Shown in pieces: positions 28,024 through 38,117 of a stretch of 64,000 nt of DNA. Position numbers and translations under genes: made by a program. Source of the stretch: an uncultured Rickettsiales bacterium (GTDB taxonomy: Bacteria > Myxococcota_A > UBA796 > UBA9615 > CAYRNR01). Location: contig CAYTBN010000029.1 of assembly GCA_964436045.1 (NCBI GenBank), positions 22,714 to 86,713 of the forward strand. Direction: 5' to 3'. Position 1 is the first letter of the stretch. Each line of letters starts with the position of its first letter. Below the pieces are notes generated by a model, which worked only from the letters and a program-made list of their open reading frames with translations, was not told the origin of the DNA and did no database searches.

Positions 28024-29874
28024 CTACCGTTCGAAGTTCATCCCGCCCGGCAGCAGATAGCTGGTGTACGACGCGTAGCCATAGATCGTGATGCCGAAGC
28101 GGGAGCTGTCGCTGCTCGCGGCGCGGTGGGAGCCGGGCTGGACCTGGATCCGGGCGACGTCGTAGCCGGTGGAGCCGATGGCTTGCCAGCCGCTGATCGG
28201 GGTGGTGTCCAGGGTGATCGACGAGCCGCTGAGGGCGACCACGTTGACCCAGTTGGAGGTGTAGGTCTCCGGCGTCAGGAAGTCGTAGTCGTTGCGGACC
28301 TGGCTCCAGGGGATGCCGGAGCCCATCGCCGGGTCGCCCGCCGACGTCCCGATCTCGTCCTGCCCCAGCAACGTCTGGGTGGCGTAGAAGCGCCCGGTGC
28401 CTTCGATGACGAAGTCCAGCACCGAGGTGAACTCGACGAACTCGCCCGCGTCCAGGGTGACCGGCCCGTGGGCCTCGGGGGTGAAGGTGATCTGGTTGCC
28501 CGCGTCCCCCGACATCACCCGGTAGTTGACCCAGGCCACCCCGCTACCCTCGGGGTGCATCGGCGCGGTCATCACCGCCAGGTCCCCCCAGGTCTCCACC
28601 GGGAACATGCTCTCTTCCAGGTGGTCGCAGGCCCAGCTGTAGTACGGCATGAAGGTGCACTGGTGACCGGCCATCACCGCCACCGGCTGCGAGGCGGACA
28701 CCGTGGAGCCGGTCAGGTCGCCGCCGGTCACCGAGCAGGCGACCTCGCACTCCTGGCCAAAACTCTGGGGCGGACAGGCTCCGGTCTGGTGGGCGTCCCA
28801 CCCCATGCCTGCGCAGTAGTTCGGGTCCTCGGAGTCGGGCGGGACGTGGGACAGCACCTGCAGCACGTCGCCCCGGTTCAAGGTCACCACCGCCTGCCCG
28901 CCGGGGCTCAGCGCCGGGATGTCACCGGCCAGGGTGTTGGTCGTCGACGTGACCGTCACCTCGGTGCCGTCCACGGTGCCCACCACCGCCATGAAGCCCG
29001 GGTACCAGTAGTCCCACTCCCCGTCCGCGCCGAAGATCGGCACCCAGTCCCAGTCGCCGTGACCCCAGGTGGGCCAGGTGTTGACCCGGTACTCGCCGGT
29101 CAGGCTGTGCTCGGGCAGCAGCAGCGAGGCGTCGTTGGTGTACGAGTTGGCGCCGTCGATCTGGAAGTGCAGCGGGTTGTACTGGTAGGCCACCACCGGC
29201 ACCGTGGTGACCACCTCGTAGGCTCCGTCCGCCACCAGCGCGGTCTGCCCCGGCGACTTGAGCGCGGCCACCATCGGCAGGGAGACCGCCCGGGTCTGGC
29301 CGAAGGGCACCGTCGCCGTGGCCGCGACCTGCCCCCCGAGGGAGACCGTGACGTCGGCGTCGACCCCGTTGGCCTCCGGGTTGCCGATCACCACCGCGAA
29401 GTCCCCGTCGAAGGCCGCCGGCAGCACCGCGTTGTCCGTGGTCACGGCCATGAAGTGGCAGCCGTAGTACGAGTATTGCTGGGCGGCGAGGTCGCAGGCG
29501 TCCAGGCACTCGCCGTTGACGCAGGTCTCAGGCGGCACACACTCGTCCACCATGGCCGCGCTCATCCCGTCGTTGGCGCAGAGCATCACCCGATCGCCGT
29601 CGCAGTAGGTGCTGCCGGGTTCGCAGACCACGCACCCCAACGACGGGTCACACAGGGGAGTCGGCTGAATGCAGGTCTCCTCGACCGTCCAGACCCCCCC
29701 GTCGCAGAGCATCCAGTCGCTGCCCCAGCAGGTGTGATCCCCCTCGGGTGAGCAGCCCACCGTGTCGTCGTCGCCGACGTCGTCGTCTCCGGACGAGGCG
29801 TCGTCGTCTGCCTGGAATCCGGCTCCTGGGCAGCCCGCCGATGGCAGGCCCAGCAGGGCCGCCAGCAGCACCAA
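28024..29874 (-). CDS. Cys-rich lipoprotein, hypothetical (downstream partner of alpha-2-macroglobulin)
   Basis: Probable TTG/GTG start near 29874 giving LVLLAALLGLPSAGC, 33 nt after the A2M stop. N-terminal Cys-rich module (about 20 Cys). The upstream part of the track ORF is R-rich junk. Confidence 0.6.
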   Translation of the reverse strand: MVLLAALLGLPSAGCPGAGFQADDDASSGDDDVGDDDTVGCSPEGDHTCWGSDWMLCDGGVWTVEETCIQPTPLCDPSLGCVVCEPGSTYCDGDRVMLCANDGMSAAMVDECVPPETCVNGECLDACDLAAQQYSYYGCHFMAVTTDNAVLPAAFDGDFAVVIGNPEANGVDADVTVSLGGQVAATATVPFGQTRAVSLPMVAALKSPGQTALVADGAYEVVTTVPVVAYQYNPLHFQIDGANSYTNDASLLLPEHSLTGEYRVNTWPTWGHGDWDWVPIFGADGEWDYWYPGFMAVVGTVDGTEVTVTSTTNTLAGDIPALSPGGQAVVTLNRGDVLQVLSHVPPDSEDPNYCAGMGWDAHQTGACPPQSFGQECEVACSVTGGDLTGSTVSASQPVAVMAGHQCTFMPYYSWACDHLEESMFPVETWGDLAVMTAPMHPEGSGVAWVNYRVMSGDAGNQITFTPEAHGPVTLDAGEFVEFTSVLDFVIEGTGRFYATQTLLGQDEIGTSAGDPAMGSGIPWSQVRNDYDFLTPETYTSNWVNVVALSGSSITLDTTPISGWQAIGSTGYDVARIQVQPGSHRAASSDSSRFGITIYGYASYTSYLLPGGMNFER

Positions 29875-29906
29875 TCGCGCGGGGTGTTCGGGTTGCCTCA
29901 GGGTGC

Positions 29907-32900
29907 CTACTCCACGATCACCTTGTCCGTCGACGTCCGGCCGAAGGTCTCGGGATGGTACATCTCCTCGGCCTTGGTGGGGGGCACGACGAACTCGCCG
30001 GGGGTGGTGGCGCGGGCGACGTAGGTGTACTCGTGGACGCCGTCCCACAGCAGGGAGGCGAAGGCTTCCACGCGCTCGTCGCGCATGTTCTCGTGCTCGT
30101 ACCAGGTGCGCCACCACCACCAGTAGCGGTCGCCCTGGTTGGCGGAGGGATCGGCCGGCAGGGTGCCGGTGACGGCCAGGTCCGGGTTGACCGGTTCGAG
30201 TCCGGCGGGCAGCGGGTCGACCAGGGCCACGTGGTAGCGCCGCATGGGGGCGACCATGGTCAGCCGGATCCGCACGCGGGCGCCGGCCTTGATGCGCCAG
30301 GTTCCGTCCTCGTCCCGCGAGACGTCCGCGTCATCGTCGATGGGCTCGTAGGCTCGCTCGACCGCGAAGCCGTAGTCGGCGGCCTCCAGGTCCAGATCCC
30401 GCGGCGCGTAGTTCATGCCGATGCGGTAGTACATCCGCCCGTCGCCGTCCTTCTGCAGCAGCAGGTTCTGGTCGCCGGGGGTCTCGGTCAGGTAGGCCAT
30501 CGGCACGTCGATGTGGGCCCGCTCGGTGGTCCGACCGCGGAACTCGTGCTCGCCGGCGAAGGTGTCGCCCAACCAGGCCCGTGCCACGAAGTCCGGCGTG
30601 GTGCCTTCGTAGACGTGGAAGTAGCGGTCCAGGGCCAGCAGGATGAAGCAGTTCTCCTGGGTGTTGGACCACTTGCCCCGCTTGCGATGGTCCAGCAGGC
30701 CGGCCACCAGCTTGGGGATCACGTCGTTGTCGGTCTCCACTCCGATCAGCGCCTCGAGCAGGATGCCGTCGGCGCGGCGGTCCGAGTGCAGCAGCACGTG
30801 GGCGCCGTCGCTGTAGGACGTGACGAAGTGGGCGCCGGCCGCGGTCTCGGTGACCCGGTTGCTCAGGTGGCGCAGGATGGCGTCCACCTGGGAGTCGTTC
30901 TTGCTCTGCAGGGTCGGCAGCAGCCAGCCCAGCGACTCCAGCGGCATCTCCTCGATGCCCCCGGCCTCCTTGATCAGCTTGCGCGCCTCGGCCTCGTCGG
31001 TGTCGTCCATCCGGTTGCGGACGTAGACGGCGTAGCTGCGGATGAAGCGCTTCGACTCCTCGGAGTACCAGTGGGGGATGTGGCGTTCGATGCGAGCCAG
31101 ATAGGTCTGCGCGTTCTGCAGCATCTGCTCGTCGACCTCGTAGCCCTTCGACCGGGCGCGGGTCAGCGCGTGGGCCACGTGGACCGTCAGGTAGGGCCAG
31201 CTCTCGTCACCCTTGCGCCAGAAGGACCAGCCGCCGTCGTGGTTCTGGCGGACCTTCAGCCGCTCCAGGTCCGCCGCGACCACCGCCTCCAGCTCCTCGG
31301 GGGACGGCATGCCGTCGGCCTCGAACGCCGTCAACACGTCTCGCAGGGCGGCGATGGCCAGCACCCGCGAGCTGATCTGCTCCTGACACTCGAAGGGGTA
31401 CTGCACCAGGTACAGCACCGCGTCGGTCAGGGCCTGCAGCTGGGTCGACGAGGTGGTGATCTCCAGGCCACCGAACTGGGGCCAGACCTCGCCCGGGGCC
31501 CGCACGGGCTGGACGATCACGCCGTCGTCGATCACGCCGTAGGTGGCGAAGGCCTCGGACGTGGCCGGTGTCCAGACCGGCAGCTCGAAGCTTGCCGCGT
31601 CGGCGAACGACCCGGTGGACGCCACCACCTGGAAGCGGGCCGTGCCCGCCATCTGGGCCGCGGCCGGGAAGCGGACCTCGACCCGGTCGTTGGCCGGGAT
31701 CTGGACCCGCCGGCCGCTCGCCACCGGCAGCCCGGTGCCCTCGCCGGGGATCGCCTGTTCCAGGGTGTCGGCCAGCGAGACGTTGGTCGCCCGCAGCACC
31801 AGCTCGACGGTCATCGGTCCATCGGTCTGGTTCTGCAGCACCACCGGCAGCTCGAAGCGGTCGCCGAAGTTGAGGAAACGCGGCGCCGACGGCCGGGTCA
31901 TCAGCGGCAGCCGGGCGGTGATCGACGACTCTCCCGAGCCGAACTGCTGGCCCCCGGCGACGGCCACGGCCATCACCCGGTAGCGGGTCAGCGAGTCCGG
32001 CAGCTTCAGGTCGACGCTGGCCTTGCCCTGGCCGTCGGTGGTCACCTCCGGCGCGAACAACGCCAGGGCGCGGAAGTCGGTGCGCATGGCGATGGGCGCC
32101 TCCTTGTCGCCGCCGCCCTTGCGCGCGGACTTCTTGGAGGCCGAAAGCGTCCGTCTTTCCTCCATGCCGGAGGCGTCGTCGTCGAACTCGTCCTCGGCCA
32201 GGCGGGCCGCACCCTCCATCGGGGCTGGCGGCATCGCGCCGAAGTCGGCGTTGAATAGGGGCATCGCACTCTGGGCCATCGCCCCGCCGGCAGACATGTT
32301 GGCCGCGGCCATCGCCGCCACCGCCTGGGGATCGGAGAGCAGCACCTGGTGGCGGGAGTGGTAGTCGGACACTCCGGCGCCGCGGGCCGTGTAGAACACG
32401 TCGATGGGGTTGGGTAGCTTGAAGCCGGTCAGCGCCAGCACCGATTCGTCCGCCACCACCAGCGCCACCTCGGCACCGGCCACCGGGTTGCCGGCGGCGT
32501 CGGTGACCAGCAGGTCGATGGCGGTCTCGGCGCCGGGCTCGGTCTTCGCCGCTCGCGGCGTCACCGCCACGTCGAGGGTGCGCTCCAGCGCCGGTACCTG
32601 GAACGTCAGGCTGCCGGTGGCGAAGGCCACCCGTTTCGGCACCCCCGCCATCGGTTCGCCCTGGTCGTCGGTACGCGTCGCCGCGCCCACGAGATCCACC
32701 TGGACCGTCACGTCCGGGACGTGCTCGTCGAGGATCGGGATCTCCAGGGTGGTGGTCGCCTCCTCCATCCGGAAGCGCTCCGTGCGCACCAGCCCCGAGC
32801 GGCGGATGGTCATCACACCCTCGGCCGGGAAGAAGGGGGCCTGGACGAGGATCTGGGCGGTGGTGCCAGGCTCGACGGTGTCGTTGGCCGGGATCAAGGT

Positions 32901-35900
32901 GATCTGCTCCTGCTCGACCTGGCGCGCCGGAGGCTGCTCGCCGCCTGCGACCCACACCCTCAGCTCGGTCTCGTTGGGCCGGCCGCAGTCGTCCTCGACC
33001 CGGGCCAGCACCCGGTAGCTGCCGCCCTCGCCGGGCTGGAAATTGCAGGTGCCCGCCTCGCCGCTCGAGGTCAGCTCGCAGGTCTGGGGATCGGTCTCGA
33101 CCTCGGTCCAGCTGCCGCCCTTGTAGGTCCAGTCCAGCCGGGCCAGGGTCACGTCGATCTTCGTGCCCGTCGCCGCCACACCGTCGATGTCGACGGCGAT
33201 GGCGTCCACATTCAGCGGATCGCCCTTGCCCACGAAGGTCTTGTCGCTGCGCAGGCCGACGTAGAGGCTGGAGGGATGGACCAGCAGGCTGGTGCTGGCG
33301 GTCCAGGCCTGGCGGTTGACGTCGGTGATGGTCGCCTCGGCGGTGACCGTGGTCGGCCGCGGCGGGTTCATCGACTCGAAGTGCGCGCCCAGGTAGTGAC
33401 GGCCCAGGGAGTCGGTCTTTCCCTCCAGCGACTCCCACTGGCTCTGGGCGTTGCCCCACATCGATCCGTACCACCACCAGGGTGACCAGACGCCGAAGTT
33501 GTAGTCGCCGCGATCGGGCGGGCTGTAGGAGCCCGGCGATGCGTTGACCGACCAGTAGACCGGCGCGCTCGGCAGCCCGCCGCCAGCATAGTAGGCGGCC
33601 TCGGTGGTGAACACGGCCTCCTCGCCCAGCACGTAGGGGCCGGGATCGACGCTGGCACTGACCTCGAACTCGGGGCGGCGGAACTCCTGGATCTGGATCG
33701 GGTGGCTGTGGCTGGTGTTGGACAGGGACCCCACCGCGATGGCGTCCAGGTACAACCAGGCCGTGCCCAGGTTGACGTTGTCCGGCAGGGTCATCGACAG
33801 GTCGAAGCCGCCCAGCCCGCTGAGGTTCGCCTCGCCGTCGACCAGATCGTTGCCGCGGGGGCCGCGCAGGACCCAGCGGACGCTGCCCGCGTCGGTCTCC
33901 AGGTCCTGGATGTCACCGCCTACGCCCCCCTCGAAGCGGCGCAGCCAGCCCTTGACCCGCACGTCCTCGCCGGGCTTGTACAGGCCCCGGTCGTCGAAGC
34001 TGTACCAGCGCGCCTGGTCGCCCTGCTCGACCTTGGTCCAGCCGGCATATTCGTTCCACCAGCTGATCTGCTGGGGCAGCAGGGCCACGTCGGCGCCCTT
34101 GCGGGCCACGAGCACCTGGGGGCCGTCAGGGTTGGCCAGCAGCTCCAGCCGCGCCATGCCGGCGTCGTCGGTGGTGGCCGCCGGCTGGCCGCCGGGCAGC
34201 ACCTCGAGCTGTACGCCGTCCAGGGGCGCGCCGTCGGCCAGGGCCGTGGTCCAGCCCACCAGCTCCTTGTAGTCGGCGAAGGCGGTCAGGCCGATGTGGG
34301 TCACCTGGACCCAGACCAGCACCTCCTGGCGGTACCAGCGCTCCTTGGGCTGCTTGGTGGGTTCGATGCGCATCAGGAACTGGCCGAAGCCGTTCTGCAG
34401 GTGGGGGGTCAGGTCGATCAGGGTCTCGTTGAGGGTGTCGCCCTCACCCTCGACCTTGATCGTGCTGGCGGCCAGCTCGGTGCCGGGCAGCGGTCCCGGG
34501 TTCTTGTCGTCGTACTGGTAGGTCTGCATCCACGACAGCCAGTCGTCCCACTGCTCGGCTCCGACCCGGTGGATGCGGACCTTCAGCTTGTCGTGGTTGG
34601 TCGAGTAGATCGGCACCTTGGCCGGGCCGACGGGGTCGAGGACGACCATGTTCTGGCCCGGTCCGAACAGGGTCTGCTCGGCCGGTCCGACCCTGAACTT
34701 GAGATCCTTGTCCTTGCCCAGGGTCTGGCCGAACGAGTCCTGCAGCGACGCGGGCACGGTCACGGTGTAGACCGTGCGTCCCTGCTTGACGCCGTCGATG
34801 GTCACGTCGTTGCCCCACACCTGGACCCGCATGCCCTGGACTTCGGGCTCGACCCGGAAGGCGCTGGGATCGAAGGCCTGCTCGTCCAGGGGATTGTTGA
34901 ACTCGATGCGCCAGCCGGAGGTGGGCGGGCACTCGTCGTACCAGTTGCAGTGGTGGTCGACGACCTGCAGGGGGTCGAAGGTGCGGAAGGAGAACGCCTG
35001 GTCGCCCGGGGTGACCCGCGGCCCCTCGGCGGAAGGGGCACCCTTGCCCACCGACACGGTGAACGAGGTCGCCCTGGGCAGGGTCTGCTTGGGCCGCAGG
35101 GCGAGCCAGCGACCCTCCTCGGCGCGCTCGACTAGCATCTTGACCGTGGCGTCCGCGAGGATCTCCTGCTCGGTGGCGGGACGCACGGCCCAGGACTGGC
35201 CGCCGCCCTTCAGCTCGATGAAGGGCAGCAGGGCGTCGGCGTCGATGGCCTGGTCGAAGCCCAGGAACATCACGGGGGTCAGACCATAGGGGCCGTACTC
35301 GGGGTGGCGCTGGGTCAGCCCGAGCGCGGGGGTGGTGAAGGTGAACGTCAGCGCCTCGGCGAGCTTGTCGCCGGTGGCGGACTCGGTGCCCGCGGGCACG
35401 GTGACCGTGTACTCGGTAGCCATCGGGAAGCGGGGATCGGGATCGAACAGGGCGGTGCGTGTGCCCAGCCAGCGCCAGCTACCCGCCGGGGTCGGCGACA
35501 GCTGGACCGGCACGGTCTCCGCGGCCTCCTGCTGGGAGGTCACCGCCACCATCGGCCGCGAGAATGTCAGGCTCAGGTGGGGGGCCATCGGCACATCGCC
35601 CACCGGGGCGTGGCGCAGCACCTCCAGGGTGCCGGGCTCGCCCTCGTCGGGGATCGGCGGCGCCTCGGGCGGCGGGAAGGGGATGTCGACGGTATCGCCG
35701 GTCAGCGGGGCCGGCAGCGAGCCCTCGCGTTTGGCGAACGAGGCGCGGTCGCCGCCCTCGGTCTGCAGCGCGTCCACCCGGGCCAGCCGCTTCTCGGTCT
35801 GCGACGCCGACAGGATCTCTGCCTCGGCCGGGGGGATCGCCTCGCCCGTGGCCGACGGGGCGCCGGCCTCGAACAGCCGCAGCCGCAACCCGCTGAGGGC

Positions 35901-36026
35901 GTCGTCCTCGACGAAGTGCACCGGCTTGGGGTCTGCCGACTGTTCCTCCGTGTTGGTGGAGGGCGTGGGCTTCTTGCAACCGGTCAGCGCCAGCAGCACG
36001 GTCAGCAACAATAGAGCTCTTCGCAT
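29907..36026 (-). CDS. bacterial alpha-2-macroglobulin family lipoprotein (2039 aa)
   Basis: ATG with GAGGGG RBS. Lipobox LALTGC. Very large multi-domain protein. CxEQ-type putative thioester motif (FECQEQ). Overall YfhM/A2M-like organisation. Confidence 0.85.
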   Translation of the reverse strand: MRRALLLLTVLLALTGCKKPTPSTNTEEQSADPKPVHFVEDDALSGLRLRLFEAGAPSATGEAIPPAEAEILSASQTEKRLARVDALQTEGGDRASFAKREGSLPAPLTGDTVDIPFPPPEAPPIPDEGEPGTLEVLRHAPVGDVPMAPHLSLTFSRPMVAVTSQQEAAETVPVQLSPTPAGSWRWLGTRTALFDPDPRFPMATEYTVTVPAGTESATGDKLAEALTFTFTTPALGLTQRHPEYGPYGLTPVMFLGFDQAIDADALLPFIELKGGGQSWAVRPATEQEILADATVKMLVERAEEGRWLALRPKQTLPRATSFTVSVGKGAPSAEGPRVTPGDQAFSFRTFDPLQVVDHHCNWYDECPPTSGWRIEFNNPLDEQAFDPSAFRVEPEVQGMRVQVWGNDVTIDGVKQGRTVYTVTVPASLQDSFGQTLGKDKDLKFRVGPAEQTLFGPGQNMVVLDPVGPAKVPIYSTNHDKLKVRIHRVGAEQWDDWLSWMQTYQYDDKNPGPLPGTELAASTIKVEGEGDTLNETLIDLTPHLQNGFGQFLMRIEPTKQPKERWYRQEVLVWVQVTHIGLTAFADYKELVGWTTALADGAPLDGVQLEVLPGGQPAATTDDAGMARLELLANPDGPQVLVARKGADVALLPQQISWWNEYAGWTKVEQGDQARWYSFDDRGLYKPGEDVRVKGWLRRFEGGVGGDIQDLETDAGSVRWVLRGPRGNDLVDGEANLSGLGGFDLSMTLPDNVNLGTAWLYLDAIAVGSLSNTSHSHPIQIQEFRRPEFEVSASVDPGPYVLGEEAVFTTEAAYYAGGGLPSAPVYWSVNASPGSYSPPDRGDYNFGVWSPWWWYGSMWGNAQSQWESLEGKTDSLGRHYLGAHFESMNPPRPTTVTAEATITDVNRQAWTASTSLLVHPSSLYVGLRSDKTFVGKGDPLNVDAIAVDIDGVAATGTKIDVTLARLDWTYKGGSWTEVETDPQTCELTSSGEAGTCNFQPGEGGSYRVLARVEDDCGRPNETELRVWVAGGEQPPARQVEQEQITLIPANDTVEPGTTAQILVQAPFFPAEGVMTIRRSGLVRTERFRMEEATTTLEIPILDEHVPDVTVQVDLVGAATRTDDQGEPMAGVPKRVAFATGSLTFQVPALERTLDVAVTPRAAKTEPGAETAIDLLVTDAAGNPVAGAEVALVVADESVLALTGFKLPNPIDVFYTARGAGVSDYHSRHQVLLSDPQAVAAMAAANMSAGGAMAQSAMPLFNADFGAMPPAPMEGAARLAEDEFDDDASGMEERRTLSASKKSARKGGGDKEAPIAMRTDFRALALFAPEVTTDGQGKASVDLKLPDSLTRYRVMAVAVAGGQQFGSGESSITARLPLMTRPSAPRFLNFGDRFELPVVLQNQTDGPMTVELVLRATNVSLADTLEQAIPGEGTGLPVASGRRVQIPANDRVEVRFPAAAQMAGTARFQVVASTGSFADAASFELPVWTPATSEAFATYGVIDDGVIVQPVRAPGEVWPQFGGLEITTSSTQLQALTDAVLYLVQYPFECQEQISSRVLAIAALRDVLTAFEADGMPSPEELEAVVAADLERLKVRQNHDGGWSFWRKGDESWPYLTVHVAHALTRARSKGYEVDEQMLQNAQTYLARIERHIPHWYSEESKRFIRSYAVYVRNRMDDTDEAEARKLIKEAGGIEEMPLESLGWLLPTLQSKNDSQVDAILRHLSNRVTETAAGAHFVTSYSDGAHVLLHSDRRADGILLEALIGVETDNDVIPKLVAGLLDHRKRGKWSNTQENCFILLALDRYFHVYEGTTPDFVARAWLGDTFAGEHEFRGRTTERAHIDVPMAYLTETPGDQNLLLQKDGDGRMYYRIGMNYAPRDLDLEAADYGFAVERAYEPIDDDADVSRDEDGTWRIKAGARVRIRLTMVAPMRRYHVALVDPLPAGLEPVNPDLAVTGTLPADPSANQGDRYWWWWRTWYEHENMRDERVEAFASLLWDGVHEYTYVARATTPGEFVVPPTKAEEMYHPETFGRTSTDKVIVE

Positions 36027-36179
36027 CGTGACCCCTCGCGTGTGGACGGCGGAGCGGGCTCCATCGGCGCACCACTCCCCCGGACCATGCCGGATAGGAC
36101 ACGCGAGCGCCCGATCGGTTCCCCGCCGCGCGGCGGTCCGGCCACGATATCCCGACCGGCGTCCGCTGACCAGTCGAGG

Positions 36180-36611
36180 TCAGGGAGCGTGGAGCAGCAG
36201 GGCGAGGCGGGCGCGGAGCTCGTCGCGGGCGGCGCGGAAGGCGTCGAGGCGGGCGCCACCCTCGACGGCGGCCGGATCGGGCAATCCCCAACGGGCGCGC
36301 CGCGCCTGGGCCAGGTAGACCGGGCAGACCTCGTCGGCGCACAGGGTGATCACGGTGTCGACGGCGGCCCGGTCGACGGTGTCGATCGCCTTGCTGTGGT
36401 GCGAGCCGATGTCGATGTCGATCTCGGCCAGCACCTCGACGGCCTCGGGGCGGACGGACGAGGGCTCCGAGCCCGCGGAGAAAACGGCGATCCCGGGGGG
36501 CGCCAGCGAGCGGGCGATCCCCTCGGCCAGCTGGCTGCGCGCCGAGTTGGCCACGCAGAGGAACAGTACGCCCCGGGGGCGCAGGGCACGCAGGACCGCG
36601 GCCTCGATCAT
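36180..36611 (-). CDS. arsC: arsenate reductase, LMW-PTP family (thioredoxin-coupled ArsC)
   Basis: CVANSARSQLAEG matches the CX5R P-loop of the low-molecular-weight phosphatase/ArsC family. About 143 aa. Confidence 0.75.
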   Translation of the reverse strand: MIEAAVLRALRPRGVLFLCVANSARSQLAEGIARSLAPPGIAVFSAGSEPSSVRPEAVEVLAEIDIDIGSHHSKAIDTVDRAAVDTVITLCADEVCPVYLAQARRARWGLPDPAAVEGGARLDAFRAARDELRARLALLLHAP

Positions 36612-36647
36612 CCAGGTCGGGGGCGCACCGCCCCCGGGGTAACGCCG

Positions 36648-36872
36648 TCACCCGGCCCCGAAGGCGACCGGGGTGTCGGGCTCCAGATCCACCCCGTCCA
36701 CCCGCACCGTCGGTGAGCCGGCGTAGCGCTCCAGGGCCGATGCGTCCGCGCTGGCGTCGGTGACCGTGAGCGCGCTGTCCGGAGCGAGCCGTGCGATCAC
36801 GTCGCGGCTCCGGGCGATGGTGTCGTCCAGGGCCAGGCAGCCCTCGGTGTGCAGGATCTCGATCGCCGGCAT
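36648..36872 (-). CDS. small thioredoxin-fold protein (Thioredoxin_3-like, single Cys)
   Basis: MPAIEILHTEGC..VDGVDL pattern of the small redox proteins often found next to arsC. 74 aa. Confidence 0.5.
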   Translation of the reverse strand: MPAIEILHTEGCLALDDTIARSRDVIARLAPDSALTVTDASADASALERYAGSPTVRVDGVDLEPDTPVAFGAG

Positions 36873-36938
36873 CTCGCGCCTCCGCAGATCCTGGATCTTC
36901 GGCGCCGACTACACTGACCGCAAGTGGAGAGGGTGAGG

Positions 36939-37463
36939 ATGTCCAGCCAGGCCATGAACGCGGCGCTCGCGGCGCTGATCGATCTGCACCGGGAGGTGGA
37001 CCGGGTGGCGGCACCGATCGCGGCGCGCCTGGGCAGACGGCTGCGCTGTGGCCCCGGCTGTACCGACTGTTGCGTGGACGACCTGACCGTGTTCGAGGTG
37101 GAGGCCGAGCGGATCCGGTGGGGGGGCGGACAGGTGTTGCGCAAGGGGAGTCCGGGGCCCGAGGGCGCCTGCGCGATGCTCGACGGCGATGGCAACTGCC
37201 GGGTTTACGACCACCGCCCCTACGTCTGCCGCACCCAGGGCTTGCCCCTGCGCTGGTTCGAGGAGCTGGAACCGGGCGACTGGGCCGAGTACCGGGACAT
37301 CTGCCAGCTCAACGTCCCGGGAGAACCGGCGGTGGAAGCCCTGGACCCCAAGGATTGCTGGGAGATCGGTCCGTTCGAGGGCCCCCTGGCCCAGCTCCAG
37401 GCCAACCTGGACGGTGGCGAACTTCGGCGGGTGGCGCTGCGGGAGCTGTTCCGGCGGCGATAG
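36939..37463 (+). CDS. YkgJ-family zinc/iron-chelating CxxCxxCC protein
   Basis: ATG at 36939 directly after GGAGAGGGTGAGG. Motif CGPGCTDCC. Confidence 0.7.
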   Translation: MSSQAMNAALAALIDLHREVDRVAAPIAARLGRRLRCGPGCTDCCVDDLTVFEVEAERIRWGGGQVLRKGSPGPEGACAMLDGDGNCRVYDHRPYVCRTQGLPLRWFEELEPGDWAEYRDICQLNVPGEPAVEALDPKDCWEIGPFEGPLAQLQANLDGGELRRVALRELFRRR

Positions 37464-37469
37464 CCCCGA

Positions 37470-38117
37470 TCACTCGTCCGGATCGAGGACGAAGGTGTGC
37501 TCCTCGGTGATCACGTGGCACTCGTCGGCGTCGACCTCGATGGCCTCGTACTCGGACTCGAAACCCGGCGCCTCGGCCCACAGGTCGATGAAGCCGTCGT
37601 ACTCGTACCCACAGACGAAGCCGCCGTCCTGGCCGAAGGGCTCGCAGGGCTCCGGGGCGGTCCAGAGCTCGTCCTGGGGCACGTACTCGACCGCGGCGTC
37701 GGCGATGTTGTCGCCCGCCGCATCGACCACGTAGGCGATCACCGACGGCACCTCCTCGTCGGTGCAGTCCACCGGCTGGAGTGTCACCTCGATGTTCTGG
37801 CCTTGCACGTGGCACTCGTCTTCGGTGACCGTCACGGTCTCCTCGTGGTCCTGGTAGCCTTCCGCCTCCACGCGGATCAGGATCTCGCCGGCGACCTCGT
37901 AGCCGCACAGGTAGACGCCGGCGATGTGCTCGCAAGCCACAGGCGCCTCCCCGCCGGTCTCGTAGCTCACCAGCGCGTCCACCGCCAGGCCGGCGTCATC
38001 GAGCACGGTCACCGACACCGAGACCGCGGCGATGGCGGTGCAGTCCAGGCCGTCGTCCGGGCAGCCCTGTACCAGCAGGGCGAGGCCGCACAGCACCCAT
38101 CCGGTTGCACGCATCAT
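37470..38117 (-). CDS. lipoprotein with duplicated Cys-containing domain
   Basis: ATGATG at 38117 overlapping the EamA stop (TGATG). Lipobox LLVQGC. Two homologous halves (each with CEHIAGVYLCGYE / CEPFGQDGGFVCGYE and ECHV). Confidence 0.7.
   Translation of the reverse strand: MMRATGWVLCGLALLVQGCPDDGLDCTAIAAVSVSVTVLDDAGLAVDALVSYETGGEAPVACEHIAGVYLCGYEVAGEILIRVEAEGYQDHEETVTVTEDECHVQGQNIEVTLQPVDCTDEEVPSVIAYVVDAAGDNIADAAVEYVPQDELWTAPEPCEPFGQDGGFVCGYEYDGFIDLWAEAPGFESEYEAIEVDADECHVITEEHTFVLDPDE

Noticed and set aside
29875-30120. N-terminal extension of track ORF 28024..30120
   Set aside because: Arg/His-rich junk that overlaps the A2M gene end. A TTG/GTG start just before the lipobox is more plausible.
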